Assembly (NCBI GenBank): GCA_041695225.1
Contig: JBGFRI010000037.1
Location: 32,001-96,000, forward strand
From: Deinococcota bacterium
Lineage (GTDB): Bacteria; Deinococcota; Deinococci; Deinococcales; Thermaceae
Direction: 5' to 3'
DNA: 64,000 nucleotides
In this document: piece by piece, positions 30,537 to 40,526 of the stretch
How the letters are laid out: the number at the start of each line of letters is the position of its first letter
Numbering within the stretch: the stretch's first letter is position 1
The notes under the pieces: model-generated
Told to the model about the DNA's origin: nothing
The model's input: only the letters and a program-made list of their open reading frames with translations
Databases searched by the model: none
Position numbers and translations under genes: made by a program

Positions 30537-30827
30537 ACATAACCGGAGGTCTCTAGTAGTTATACCGCAGGTGCGGTATAACACACAAAATAGGGATGTT
30601 ATGCCGCAATTTATGAGATTCAGAGTCAGACGATACTGTAGTCATCTAAAAGATCCCCCTTCCTGAGCTCAGTGCATGATTCCACTTAGGTTCGACACCT
30701 GGCTGGTAGCACCGAGAGGCCGTATCTGTGTTACACTACGCAACCTATTTTATCAGGTTCCACCGGCTCACCGCCACACAAGGGTCGGTTTTGCCGACTG
30801 CCAGCCACCAACGGGAGGGCTCGAGCC
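30537..30827 (-). other. attI-like site and upstream platform, copy 2
   Basis: 30554-30827 is a close copy of 28241-28509; TGATAAAAT at 30747-30755; 10-bp insert before the GTT core. Confidence 0.7.
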
Positions 30828-31007
30828 GTCTTCCCTGGCCTTTCCCGGCTCTCAGTTCCTCAGCCAGCGTACCGCGACCTCGAGCGTTGGTCAGGGTCGG
30901 GAGGTTTGCATGCCCAGTTTGTCATTTTCAGCCCATTTTCGACCCTATTTGGGTCGGGCCAGGGTACATTTATACCTGGCAGCTTTCTGGCATACTATTC
31001 AGAAGTC

Positions 31008-31427
31008 ATGGAGCCGTCGCCCATCAATCCTTTACGCCCAGTGTGGCTTTTGTTGGGTTTCTTTTTTGTAGCCCTGGGGTTTGTTGGTACGGTAGTGCCG
31101 GGGATGCCCTCCACGGTGTTTTTTATTCTGGCCGCCTACTTTTTCTCCCGCAGCAGCAAACGCTTTCTGAACTGGGTGCTAAACCTGCCCAAAGTGGGTC
31201 CACTGGTGCGCGACTACCGCTCAGGGCTGGGGATGCCTCGCAAAGCCAAGGTATTCGCCCTGTGCATGCTGAGTTTTTTCGCCCTTACCAGTGCAATCTT
31301 TTTGATTCCCATTCTCTGGGTAAAGGCCCTGGTGCTGGTACTGGGGCTGGTGGGTTTCTGGTTCATACACAGCCGGATTCCCACCAAAGAAATTGTGCTG
31401 GCCCAGCGCCAGGTGGAAGCCCAGTAA
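31008..31427 (+). CDS. YbaN (DUF454) membrane protein
   Basis: GTVVPGMPSTVFFILAAYFFSRSS, GMPRKAK. Confidence 0.88.
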   Translation: MEPSPINPLRPVWLLLGFFFVALGFVGTVVPGMPSTVFFILAAYFFSRSSKRFLNWVLNLPKVGPLVRDYRSGLGMPRKAKVFALCMLSFFALTSAIFLIPILWVKALVLVLGLVGFWFIHSRIPTKEIVLAQRQVEAQ

Positions 31428-31471
31428 CCTAAACGGGTATCCAGGGGTAGCCGGTAAGGCGGCTTTCCTGG

Positions 31472-32029
31472 CTATCTGATTACCGCGAAAGGCCGCCCCG
31501 TTACCGAGACCAGGCCCTGGTTGATGGAGAGGGCTCCGCCTGTGCTAGTGGCCTCAATCCGGATGGCTACCCGGAAGGCCCCACCCCGAATAATCTCCAG
31601 GGCACTGGTGTTCTGAGTCTCGCTCATAGCAATATCGATGGTTACTTCCTGGGTGCTTCCTACCGGCACGCTGAAACTGCCTGACCCTAGCCCAGTGTCG
31701 CCTCCAGCGTTGTCGTTGACGTTGGTGTCGCTTGCGGGCGCCAGGCGTAATTCGTAGTTGCCGCTAAAGTTTGAGTTGCCGGTATTGGTGATGGTGAATA
31801 CCACCAGGGTCTGCCCACGCTCGAGGATATCGAGGCGGAACGGCAGGGGAACCAGTAGCCCTTCCGGCCTGTTCCCCGGGAACAATAGCGAGCCCGAGCC
31901 TGGCGGGATGGTCAGGGTGCGCTGGTCTTGGGCGATGAAGGTGATGAGATTGACGTTCGGGGTGTAGCGGGTGGGTGCGCTGCATCCCACAAGCAACAAG
32001 ACCAGGGTAACAAATGAAAGTTTACGCAT
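31472..32029 (-). CDS. hypothetical lipoprotein
   Basis: signal peptide with lipobox LVGC; beta-rich body. Confidence 0.75.
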   Translation of the reverse strand: MRKLSFVTLVLLLVGCSAPTRYTPNVNLITFIAQDQRTLTIPPGSGSLLFPGNRPEGLLVPLPFRLDILERGQTLVVFTITNTGNSNFSGNYELRLAPASDTNVNDNAGGDTGLGSGSFSVPVGSTQEVTIDIAMSETQNTSALEIIRGGAFRVAIRIEATSTGGALSINQGLVSVTGRPFAVIR

Positions 32030-32032
32030 GGA

Positions 32033-32326
32033 TCACCTCAAAACCCCAGACCCAGGCTCGGGCCGATACCAAACACGGTATAGCCCACGATGGGCGCCCG
32101 GTGGGTTGCTCTCAGGGCAGAAGACCTGGCTCAGTACCCCAAGGGGTAGCCGAAAACCCGGGTCTGAGCCGTAGAGCTCGACCGGAAATGCCGCATAGGC
32201 TGGGTTGAGGAGTGCTGCGCCTGGACAGGGTATAACCAGGCCAGCCATACCCAGACTGCGCACGCCCTGGGAGAGACCGAGTCCGCCAAACAAGACCACC
32301 ATCGCTGGCCAGATCAGAGCATGCAT
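32033..32326 (-). pseudogene. probable internally deleted exported-protein gene
   Basis: signal peptide then GVRSLGMAG..AALLNPA, an N-terminus typical of larger outer-membrane proteins, but under 100 codons. Confidence 0.45.
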
Positions 32327-32353
32327 ATTACGCTCCATTGTAAAACCTGGCCG

Positions 32354-32848
32354 CTAGCTTACCTGTTTACCACGTACGACCGGGTTATAGAAGCAGTGAG
32401 TAAGAGCAATGGCCAGGGCGTCGGCCAGATGGGTGGGCTGGGGAGTGGTTTTGAGTCCAAGAATAGCCCGCACCATGAAGGCCACCTGACCCTTGTCGGC
32501 TTGCCCAGTGCCCACCAGGGCTTGTTTGACCCTGGGCGGCCCATAGCCATAGACGGGAATGCAGGTCTGATCGGCTACCAGTAATACAGCCCCCATGGCC
32601 CAGCCCACCCGGTAGGCCAGCTCGTTCTGGCGGTAGAAAAACTGTTCCTCCACCGCAATGGCCTGGGGCTGGTAGGTCGTAGCTACCTCGTACACCGCCC
32701 GGTAGAGCGTCCCCACCCGCAACGAAGCCGAATCGCCGGGGTCAGTCTTGACCACCGCGGCATGCAGCATCCGGGCCTGCTTGCCCACCTGCTCGACCAC
32801 GCCCAGGCCCAGGTTGGTTATGCCAGGGTCAATGCCAAGAACAATCAT
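32354..32848 (-). CDS. ruvC: Holliday junction resolvase
   Basis: LGIDPG, AVEEQFF, VKQALVGTGQADK, ADALAIA. Confidence 0.95.
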   Translation of the reverse strand: MIVLGIDPGITNLGLGVVEQVGKQARMLHAAVVKTDPGDSASLRVGTLYRAVYEVATTYQPQAIAVEEQFFYRQNELAYRVGWAMGAVLLVADQTCIPVYGYGPPRVKQALVGTGQADKGQVAFMVRAILGLKTTPQPTHLADALAIALTHCFYNPVVRGKQVS

Positions 32849-32914
32849 GTCTCATGTCTCAGGTCTCAGGTCTCGTGTCTGGCGTCATGCGACCTGAGAC
32901 TTGCGACAACTCTG

Positions 32915-33979
32915 TTAGTTGCCCCTTTTGGGTGGGTAGTCGCCATCGCCGTAGCGGATGAAGGCCGGGATGTCAAAGTTGCCAAGATCCACGTTGCTGG
33001 TGGGGAAGTCCATAAGCGGACGACCGCCGGGCTTGGCGACGACTGCGCTTTCGTTAAAACCCGCCGCAATCAGGATCACCCTCATCTCGTCCTGGGCGCG
33101 GGTATCGTAGTTGAGGCCATACAGCACGTCTACCTCCTCCACTCCGGTGGCTTCGCGGATCTGCTCCACCACACTGCTGGCTTCCAAGAGCGAGATATCC
33201 TCGCCGCCCACCACATTTATCAAAAGCTTGCGGGCGCCGTCTACCGAGCGGTCCAGCAGCGGGCTCTGGATGGCCGACTGGGCGGCTTCAGCCACCTTGT
33301 TCTCGCCCCGGCCTGCACCGATGCCCATTAAGACCTGGCCCGCCCCTGCGAGCAGGGTGCGTACATCGGCAAAGTCGAGATTAATCTGGCCAGGTAGACT
33401 GATAACGTCGGTGATGCCTTTTACCCCGTGGTAGAGCACCCGGTCTGCAATCATAAAGGCATCCTTGGCCGAGACTTTTTTATCCAAGGCGCCCAGCAGT
33501 CGGTCGTTGGAGATGACCACCATGGCATCTACCTGCTCACGCAGGCGCTTGATGCCTTCCTCGGCAGCCCTCAGCCGGCGCGGGCCCTCCCAGGCGAAAG
33601 GGCGGGTGACGACCCCCACCGCAAGGACACCCAAACCTTTGGCAATTTCGGCTACCACCGGGGCGCTTCCCGTACCCGTGCCACCGCCCATCCCGGCGGT
33701 GATGAAGATCATATCCGAGCCTTCCAGGTACTCCGCTATTAGCTCCTCGGCCTCGAGGGCAGCTTTCTCGCCGATCTCGGGGTTGGCCCCGGCGCCCAGC
33801 CCACGGGTGAGTTTGTCGCCCAGCTGGATACGCGCATCGGTCAGACTGGTGGCCAGTACCTGGGCATCGGTGTTGGCGGCAATGAACTCCACGCCGGTGA
33901 GACCCGACTCGATCATGCGATTGACTGCGTTGTTTCCTGCGCCGCCAAGTCCGATTACTTTGATCTGCACTTCACCCAT
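32915..33979 (-). CDS. ftsZ: cell division protein FtsZ
   Basis: GGAGNNA, GGGTGTG, NLDFADV. Confidence 0.98.
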   Translation of the reverse strand: MGEVQIKVIGLGGAGNNAVNRMIESGLTGVEFIAANTDAQVLATSLTDARIQLGDKLTRGLGAGANPEIGEKAALEAEELIAEYLEGSDMIFITAGMGGGTGTGSAPVVAEIAKGLGVLAVGVVTRPFAWEGPRRLRAAEEGIKRLREQVDAMVVISNDRLLGALDKKVSAKDAFMIADRVLYHGVKGITDVISLPGQINLDFADVRTLLAGAGQVLMGIGAGRGENKVAEAAQSAIQSPLLDRSVDGARKLLINVVGGEDISLLEASSVVEQIREATGVEEVDVLYGLNYDTRAQDEMRVILIAAGFNESAVVAKPGGRPLMDFPTSNVDLGNFDIPAFIRYGDGDYPPKRGN

Positions 33980-34035
33980 AATCTCTCCTGGTTACTTTAG
34001 TGTTGCCCCGCGTGCTCCTTGCCGCCGATCTGCTG

Positions 34036-35313
34036 CTAAAACAAGTTCCTGAACAGTCCCTTAATGCGCTCCCACAGCCCGCCTGCGGCGCTGGCTGTGC
34101 CTTCGGGGTTGACGACATGCCTGACAGGTTGGCCGACCTTGCTTCGGCCAGGACGGTGCCCGCGTGCTAATGGAGACTGGACCGCTAGGCTTGCCGCATG
34201 GCGCACCAGACCTACTGCGGTTGCGTGGGTGGGAGAAGCTACTACATCGGTCAGACCCTGCACCCCCAGGGGCTTGCCCAACCGGACCGGTAGATTGAAC
34301 TGCTTGCGGGCCAGCTCTTCCAGGCCGCGCACCATGCTGGCGCCACCGGTCACAATAACCTTGCCTACGGTGATTTCCAGCGGTCCTAAGGCTTCGTCCA
34401 CACTCTGCCGAGCCAGATGCAGGATCTCCCGTAGGCGCGGGCGGATGATGCGGGCCAGGTCCGGGGCCTGATAAGAAATCTGTGCAGCGCCCTCCTGGCT
34501 GACTTCCAGCACCAGCTCGGGGTCGGCCAGCTCGGGCAGCGCTGCCCCGTACTTTTTGCAGACCCGCTCGGCCTCCTCGACCGGAATTTGCAGTAGCTTG
34601 GCAATGTCTTGCGAGACATGGTCACCGCCCAGCGGGATGACGGCAGAGTGGGCCAGACGCCCCTGACGGAAGACGGCTACATCGGTAGTACCTCCGCCAA
34701 CGTCTACCAGCATCACCGTCATGGAAAGTTCTTCGGGCGAGAGCACCGCCAGCCCCGAGGCATAGGATTGCAGCACCATGCCCTGCAGGTCTAAGCCCGC
34801 GTCTTCTACAGCCTTGCGCAGATTGGTGAGGGGGCCTTTGCTCCCCGCCACCAGATGTACATCTACTTCCAGCCTTACCCCGGCCATGCCGGTGGGGTCG
34901 CGGATACCTTCCTGACCATCTACGCGGTAATCCAGTGGCAGGGCGTGAATGAGATCGTAATCGCCCTCGAAGGGATAGGCTTTGGCCTGCTCGATAGCCC
35001 GGTCCACGTCGGTCTGGGTAATCTGCTGCCCCCGCCGAATGGCAGCCAGGCCGTGGCTGGTTACGCTGCGCACATGGGCGCCGGCCACCCCCACCCAGAC
35101 CTGCTCGGCCTTGACCCCGGCCACCCGCTCGGCTTGAAAGACGGCCTGGCGGATGGACTCGGAGGTGCGCTCGAGGTTGGTGACCACCCCTCGCCTGAGC
35201 CCCTGGGAAGGAACCGTACCTTCTCCGATAATGTCCAGAATGCCATCCGAGGACAGCTCACCGATTACCGCGGTCACTTTGGTGGTTCCAACATCTAAGC
35301 CTACGAGAATCAT
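34036..35313 (-). CDS. ftsA: cell division protein FtsA
   Basis: [22 protein letters not shown]. Confidence 0.96.
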   Translation of the reverse strand: MILVGLDVGTTKVTAVIGELSSDGILDIIGEGTVPSQGLRRGVVTNLERTSESIRQAVFQAERVAGVKAEQVWVGVAGAHVRSVTSHGLAAIRRGQQITQTDVDRAIEQAKAYPFEGDYDLIHALPLDYRVDGQEGIRDPTGMAGVRLEVDVHLVAGSKGPLTNLRKAVEDAGLDLQGMVLQSYASGLAVLSPEELSMTVMLVDVGGGTTDVAVFRQGRLAHSAVIPLGGDHVSQDIAKLLQIPVEEAERVCKKYGAALPELADPELVLEVSQEGAAQISYQAPDLARIIRPRLREILHLARQSVDEALGPLEITVGKVIVTGGASMVRGLEELARKQFNLPVRLGKPLGVQGLTDVVASPTHATAVGLVRHAASLAVQSPLARGHRPGRSKVGQPVRHVVNPEGTASAAGGLWERIKGLFRNLF

Positions 35314-35942
35314 CGGCGAGCACTCACCCCCCAGGAATACACATAGATTCGGCTACCCGACATAGCGCCGAGGTGTGCAAGAGAGTTGCTTGCGCCACGT
35401 CTGCCTATTCTGCTAAGTTTAGCCCAATCTTGCAACTCCCTGACATTTCTACCCCAGACATTAAGATCGGGCCCCAAGACCTGATAGCCCCCTACGTTGT
35501 AGCGGATGCGCTGGGCTTGGGGGAAGGTCTGCATGAGCAATAACAAGTCAGCAAGAGGAATTTCGCCGGGATGCCCTTCAACCACCAGCCGCTGAACAGC
35601 CGCCCCTGGCAGCAGCGTTCCATCGGCGGCCAGACCGTAACGCTGGCCCCTGAGCACCAGACTGGCAACTGGCACTCGTTCTTCTAGTACTACTTCTAGC
35701 CTGCCGGGGGCAGGGCGGTTCAGGGCTGCGCTCTTGACCCAGGGGTTTTGCAGCAGAGGCTCTAGTTTATGTGGCCAGGCCCAGAGCCAGGCCGTCCCCG
35801 GCTTTAGGCCGGTTATCTGGCGCACCTGGGCCGCGGAAAGCTGGCGGTTGCCCACCACCTCGACGCTCTCGACGGGTAAGGCCACCAGTGAGCCAACCGC
35901 CAGTGAGGCCAGAAGCAAGCCGATCAGTATGGCCCGGATCAC
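35310..35942 (-). CDS. ftsQ: FtsQ/DivIB (POTRA domain)
   Basis: TM then VEVVGNRQLS..NPWVKSA..ERVPVA; located between murB and ftsA. Confidence 0.85.
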   Translation of the reverse strand: MIRAILIGLLLASLAVGSLVALPVESVEVVGNRQLSAAQVRQITGLKPGTAWLWAWPHKLEPLLQNPWVKSAALNRPAPGRLEVVLEERVPVASLVLRGQRYGLAADGTLLPGAAVQRLVVEGHPGEIPLADLLLLMQTFPQAQRIRYNVGGYQVLGPDLNVWGRNVRELQDWAKLSRIGRRGASNSLAHLGAMSGSRIYVYSWGVSARR

Positions 35943-36075
35943 ACCAACCCCCGTTCGAATAAGGGAGCACCGGGGAGCATTGCCTGCCATATGGAGCAGG
36001 GAGCAAAAGGCTGGCAAATTCGGTGCTGGACGTCTTTTGCTCTCCGGTTCCCGGCCCCCTCTGTGTTCACTCCCC

Positions 36076-36912
36076 TCACAAGCTCACCCCCATCTGGTCC
36101 GGTACGATCTCGCCCCAGATGTCCCACTCCAGCTGAAGCGGCAGCACGGCCTGTACTTTGCAGACCAGGGCATAGATCTGCTCGGCGGTAGCCCCGCCCA
36201 CGTTGACCAGGAAATTGCCGTGCTCGAGGCTGATCATGGCTCTGCCCACGGTAGTTCCTTTGAGACCCTTTAGGTCAATCAGGCGGCCCGCCGAGTCGCC
36301 TGGTGGGTTCTTGAAGGCGCAGCCCGCGCTTCTCTTTTTGGGCTGGCCCTTGCGGGCAGCATCTACCAGAGCAATTCGGGCCCGCACGGCTTCTGGGCTC
36401 GAGGGCTGTAACCCGAGCCTGACCCGCGTGACAATTCCGCCTGGGGGCAAAGCCGAATGCCGGTAGCCAAAGCCCAGCTGGTGGGGCTGGTACTGGTGCA
36501 TGGCCCCATCGTGGAAAACCTCGACCTGTTCCAGGGCGCCGGCCATCTCGCCGAAGCGGGTGCCTGCGTTCATCTTGACTGCGCCACCCAGCTGGGCCGG
36601 AACACCGTGCAGGCCTTCCAGTCCGCTCAGGCCCAGCCGCGCCGAAGCCTGTACCAGACCGGGCAGCAGCGCCCCCGCGCCCACCCAGCCCGAAAGGCCC
36701 GGGCTCCAGTCGGCAAACTCACCGCCCAGCCGGATGACCCGTTCCTTCACTCCTCCATCCGCCACCAGCAGATTGGAGCCGTTGCCCAGCACCCGGTATG
36801 GGGCCTGGGTAGCTTGCCGCAGGTCGGAAAGGGTTTCCACCGTCCAGATCTCGGCCTCGCCCCCTACCCCGATGGTGGTGAGCTGGGACATGGGCAGGCG
36901 TTCGACTCTCAT
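36076..36912 (-). CDS. murB: UDP-N-acetylmuramate dehydrogenase
   Basis: GNGSNLL, MNAG, FGYRHS, SAGCAFKNP. Confidence 0.95.
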   Translation of the reverse strand: MRVERLPMSQLTTIGVGGEAEIWTVETLSDLRQATQAPYRVLGNGSNLLVADGGVKERVIRLGGEFADWSPGLSGWVGAGALLPGLVQASARLGLSGLEGLHGVPAQLGGAVKMNAGTRFGEMAGALEQVEVFHDGAMHQYQPHQLGFGYRHSALPPGGIVTRVRLGLQPSSPEAVRARIALVDAARKGQPKKRSAGCAFKNPPGDSAGRLIDLKGLKGTTVGRAMISLEHGNFLVNVGGATAEQIYALVCKVQAVLPLQLEWDIWGEIVPDQMGVSL

Positions 36913-38282
36913 ACGGTCTCCTTGGCTGCTGCCAGCTGTCGCCCCAGCTGCGATACGCTTCCAGCGCCAATCGTCAGGATCAGATCGCCAGGTGTGGCGG
37001 TCTGGCGCAGGTAGCTCAGGGTGTTGTCCCAGTTGTCGTAGCGTGCAAGACGTTCTTTAGCCAGCAGGTGATCCAGGATCTGGTGGGCAATCTGGGCGCT
37101 GCTCAGGTTGAAGGGGGATTCGGCGGCGGCGTATACGTCCAGAAGCAGGGCTTCGTCGGCGTACTCGAGGGCCTGGGCATACTGCCGCCACTCCTGCTCA
37201 CTGCGACCAAAGCGATGCGGCTGGAAGACGGCCCGCACCCGCAGGCCGGTGTTGCGGGCAGCCTTGAGCAAGGCCCCGAGTTTGGTGGCGTTGTGGGCAT
37301 AGTCGTCCACAATCATGGCACCGTTTAGCTGGCCCACCTTTTCAAAACGGCGGCTGGCCCCTACGTGCTGGTACAGCCCCTGCTGGACCGCATCAAAGCC
37401 AATGCCCGCGACTAAAGCAGCAGCGCTGGCAGCCAGCGCGTTGGCGATGTTGTATTCGCCCGGAACTTGCAGCTTCACAACCCCCAGGGTTTTGCCCTGC
37501 CAGACCAGATCAAAACGACTACCAAAGGGCATTAGCACCACATTTGCAGCGTGGCAGTCGCCGGTTTGCAGCCCAAAGCTAAAGCGCGGCCTGCCCTGGG
37601 TCAGCGCGTCCAGCAGCTGCCAGCGGGGCTCGGCGTTGTATATGACCTGGGCGGCCCGGCTGGCGAACGAGCACATGGCGTCCTGCAGCGCATCGAATGA
37701 AGCGTGGTAGTTGGGCCGGGCCCGCCCGTCGGGCGATACGTGGTCGGTCTCGAGGTTGGTAATCACCGCCAGGTCTAACTCCACAAAGCGAAATAGCGGG
37801 TCGGACTCGTCCACCTCGGCAATCCGATACGGTCCCGACCCCACCTTGGCGCTGCCTCCAATCAGGCTCAGTTCTGCGCCCAAGAGCACCGTAGGGTCGG
37901 TCCGGGCGGCGATAAAGATGCTGGCCAGCATCGAGGTGGTGCTGGTCTTGCCGTGCGACCCGGTAACGCCCAGGCTATAGCCGCCGCGCAGTATCTCGGC
38001 CACCACCTGGATCCGGCGCCAGATCGGAATGCCCAGGGCGTGAGCGGCGACGAGTTCGGGCTCGCCCTCCGGTATGGCGGTAGAGGCTACCAGTACGTCT
38101 ACCCCTGGCAGATGTTCGGGGCTGTGGCCCTGCACTACCCTAATGCCTTCGCGCCCCAGGCGGCGGGTCAGGTCCGAGGGCTGGCTATCGCAGCCGCTGA
38201 CCAGATGCCCGTCCTGACGCAGGATGCGGGCCAGACCGCTCATGCTGATCCCGCCAATACCCATCAGGTGATAGTGCTTCAC
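36909..38282 (-). CDS. murC: UDP-N-acetylmuramate--L-alanine ligase
   Basis: GIGGISMSGLA, GSHGKTSTT, DDYAH, FQPHR. Confidence 0.95.
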   Translation of the reverse strand: MKHYHLMGIGGISMSGLARILRQDGHLVSGCDSQPSDLTRRLGREGIRVVQGHSPEHLPGVDVLVASTAIPEGEPELVAAHALGIPIWRRIQVVAEILRGGYSLGVTGSHGKTSTTSMLASIFIAARTDPTVLLGAELSLIGGSAKVGSGPYRIAEVDESDPLFRFVELDLAVITNLETDHVSPDGRARPNYHASFDALQDAMCSFASRAAQVIYNAEPRWQLLDALTQGRPRFSFGLQTGDCHAANVVLMPFGSRFDLVWQGKTLGVVKLQVPGEYNIANALAASAAALVAGIGFDAVQQGLYQHVGASRRFEKVGQLNGAMIVDDYAHNATKLGALLKAARNTGLRVRAVFQPHRFGRSEQEWRQYAQALEYADEALLLDVYAAAESPFNLSSAQIAHQILDHLLAKERLARYDNWDNTLSYLRQTATPGDLILTIGAGSVSQLGRQLAAAKETV

Positions 38283-39313
38283 GCCGCCTCCAAAACGATC
38301 CGGGCCAGCCGCCCGGCTGCTCCGGCCGGCGACAACCCTTTAAGACTATCGCGGATCTGGGCCCGCGTGGAGGGGTCGAGCAGAGCATTAAGCTGGGACT
38401 CGAACTGATCCCAGGAGTCTAGCCGCCGGGCTGCGCCGCGCCCAGCATAAAAGCCCAGGTTGGCCCACTGGGCCCCGCCGTCCAGGCTGCGCGGCAGTGG
38501 CACACCCAGAACCGGGACCTGATGATAGGCTGCTTCCGCCAGGGTACCCGCCCCGCCGCGGGTGATGGCAAACTCGGCCGCGCTCCAGGCCAGCACACTG
38601 TCCAGATAACCCCGCACCACGTAACGGGGCCGTTCTTTGGGCTTCATCTCGTGCTCCCAGCGCAGACCAGACTGGTGGAGGACCTGCCACTCGCCCAGGA
38701 GAGGGTAGAGCCTCTCGGGCAGTTGTTCATTCAGTTCTTTGCTGCCCTGGCTTCCGCCCATGATCAGGATGGTAGGGCGCTCGGGATCCAGTCCAAGCGC
38801 AGCCCTGGCCTCGCTCTGCACACGCTTTTCTTCCCGCACTGGATAGCCCACCACCAGGGTTTTGGCAGCTAGTCGAGGATCGAGTTCGATGGGGGTAGAA
38901 AGAGTGACCCGGCGGGCCAGACGGGCTAGAATTCGATTAGCCAGCCCCAGTCTGGCGTTTTGTTCATGGATGACCAGGGGGATGCCCAGCAGGGCAGCTA
39001 CCAGAGCCACGGGAAAGCCCGCATAACCGCCCATGCTCAATACCGCCCTGGGCCGCACCTCCCGCAGCACACGCCTGGCTTGCTGCAGGCCCCGAAAAAC
39101 TTTTATCCCTTCCCCGGGGTGCAGCGCCTCGCGCGAGAGTTTGCCGGCTGGGATGATGCGAAAAGGCAGCCTGGCCTCGGGCAGTACCCGTTCTTCGATG
39201 CCGCCCTGGGCCCCTACATAGGTCACGGGCTCGCCCGCGGCCAGCAAAGCCCGCGCCGCGGCCAGCCCAGGATAAAGGTGGCCGCCGGTTCCGCCGCCGG
39301 TGACGATCACCAT
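38279..39313 (-). CDS. murG: lipid II GlcNAc transferase MurG
   Basis: GGGTGGH, HEQN, GGSQG. Confidence 0.95.
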   Translation of the reverse strand: MVIVTGGGTGGHLYPGLAAARALLAAGEPVTYVGAQGGIEERVLPEARLPFRIIPAGKLSREALHPGEGIKVFRGLQQARRVLREVRPRAVLSMGGYAGFPVALVAALLGIPLVIHEQNARLGLANRILARLARRVTLSTPIELDPRLAAKTLVVGYPVREEKRVQSEARAALGLDPERPTILIMGGSQGSKELNEQLPERLYPLLGEWQVLHQSGLRWEHEMKPKERPRYVVRGYLDSVLAWSAAEFAITRGGAGTLAEAAYHQVPVLGVPLPRSLDGGAQWANLGFYAGRGAARRLDSWDQFESQLNALLDPSTRAQIRDSLKGLSPAGAAGRLARIVLEAA

Positions 39314-39329
39314 GAGCCTCCATTACTGA

Positions 39330-39408
39330 GAGGGGGAGCAGGAGGAAGGGGGAGAGTGGGGGTGAAGGCCTCATCCCCCTTGCACCCCTGCACCCCTGCA
39401 CCCCTGCG
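39330..39408. repeat. 8-mer tandem repeats (GCACCCCT) facing a purine-rich counterpart
   Basis: gcacccctgcacccctgcacccctgc between ftsW and murG. Confidence 0.7.
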
Positions 39409-39416
39409 CGTCTTCA

Positions 39417-40526
39417 TTACTGGGCCTCCTTGGTTCTAGGTTCTTCCCTGGCGGCGAAGGCTTCCCTCGAGAGACCGTGTAATAGCCCCAGAGCCAGCCC
39501 GGCCATAATCATGGAATTGCCGCCCATGCTGACCAGGGGCAACGGGGAGCCCCCAATGGGGACGATACCGATAACGGCTGCGATGTTGAGGGCGGCCTGC
39601 AGAACCAGATACAGGGTTAAGCCCAGCGCCAGAACGCTCTTAGAGCCTTCCAGGTGGGCGGCAATTTGAATGCCCCTGGCCAGTATCAGCCACACGGCCA
39701 GCAGGACCATAAAGCCAGCCAGCCAGCCGCCAGCCCAGATGACCGAGGCCAGCACAAAATCGTTGTGTGATTCGGGAAGGTTGGGCATCCGAGACCCTAC
39801 CCCCTGTCCAAACGGCCCCGCATTTACGATGATCTTGTGGGCCTGGGTAATCTGGTACAAAGGTCCCCGCATGGCTTCCGGGCTCAGCTCGGCTACCCGC
39901 CCGGTGACATAGGTATGCCAGCCTTCGAAGCGGTCGCGCACTTTTTCAAAACGATCCAGGTACAGCCCCGAGACCGAGAGCGCCAGAATCCAGGCGGTGG
40001 CGCCAATCGCCAACAGACGCCGCCAGGGAACCCCGATAAGCACCAGCAAGAAGCCCGACAAAAGCAGAACAAACAGGCCGGTATCCAGGTCGGGCGAGGC
40101 GATGATCAATCCGGCGGCCAGACTGATAGCCACGATGGGGCCGATGATGGGGTAGTCGGTGGGTTTATTGTGAAAAAAGGCCGCCAGGTAGAGCACCACC
40201 GCCAGTTTGGCAAACTCTGCGGCCTGGAGGTTGAAGGATGTGAAAGGTAGGTCGATAAAGCGTCGCTCTCCGCCCGGCCCAAACCCCACCAGCAGATTGG
40301 CTACCAGCAGCAAAATTGCCAGGATAAAAAGGGGCCGTGCGGCCCAGATGGCCCAGTGGGGGCGCAGTTGGGCAACCAGTAACATCAGGGCCAGCGAGAT
40401 GGCCATATTGCGCAGGTTGTCCAGGCTGTGGGCCTCGGCTGCGGCCCGCATCCAGTCGGAGGCGGCGACGCCCAGAGCCGAAAGAGCAAAGAGCAGAAGC
40501 TGCGCCAGCAGAAGAATACTATCCAC
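39417..40526 (-). CDS. ftsW: SEDS protein FtsW
   Basis: LQAAEFAK, PDL, LPESHNDF, LPLVSMGG. Confidence 0.92.
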   Translation of the reverse strand: MDSILLLAQLLLFALSALGVAASDWMRAAAEAHSLDNLRNMAISLALMLLVAQLRPHWAIWAARPLFILAILLLVANLLVGFGPGGERRFIDLPFTSFNLQAAEFAKLAVVLYLAAFFHNKPTDYPIIGPIVAISLAAGLIIASPDLDTGLFVLLLSGFLLVLIGVPWRRLLAIGATAWILALSVSGLYLDRFEKVRDRFEGWHTYVTGRVAELSPEAMRGPLYQITQAHKIIVNAGPFGQGVGSRMPNLPESHNDFVLASVIWAGGWLAGFMVLLAVWLILARGIQIAAHLEGSKSVLALGLTLYLVLQAALNIAAVIGIVPIGGSPLPLVSMGGNSMIMAGLALGLLHGLSREAFAAREEPRTKEAQ

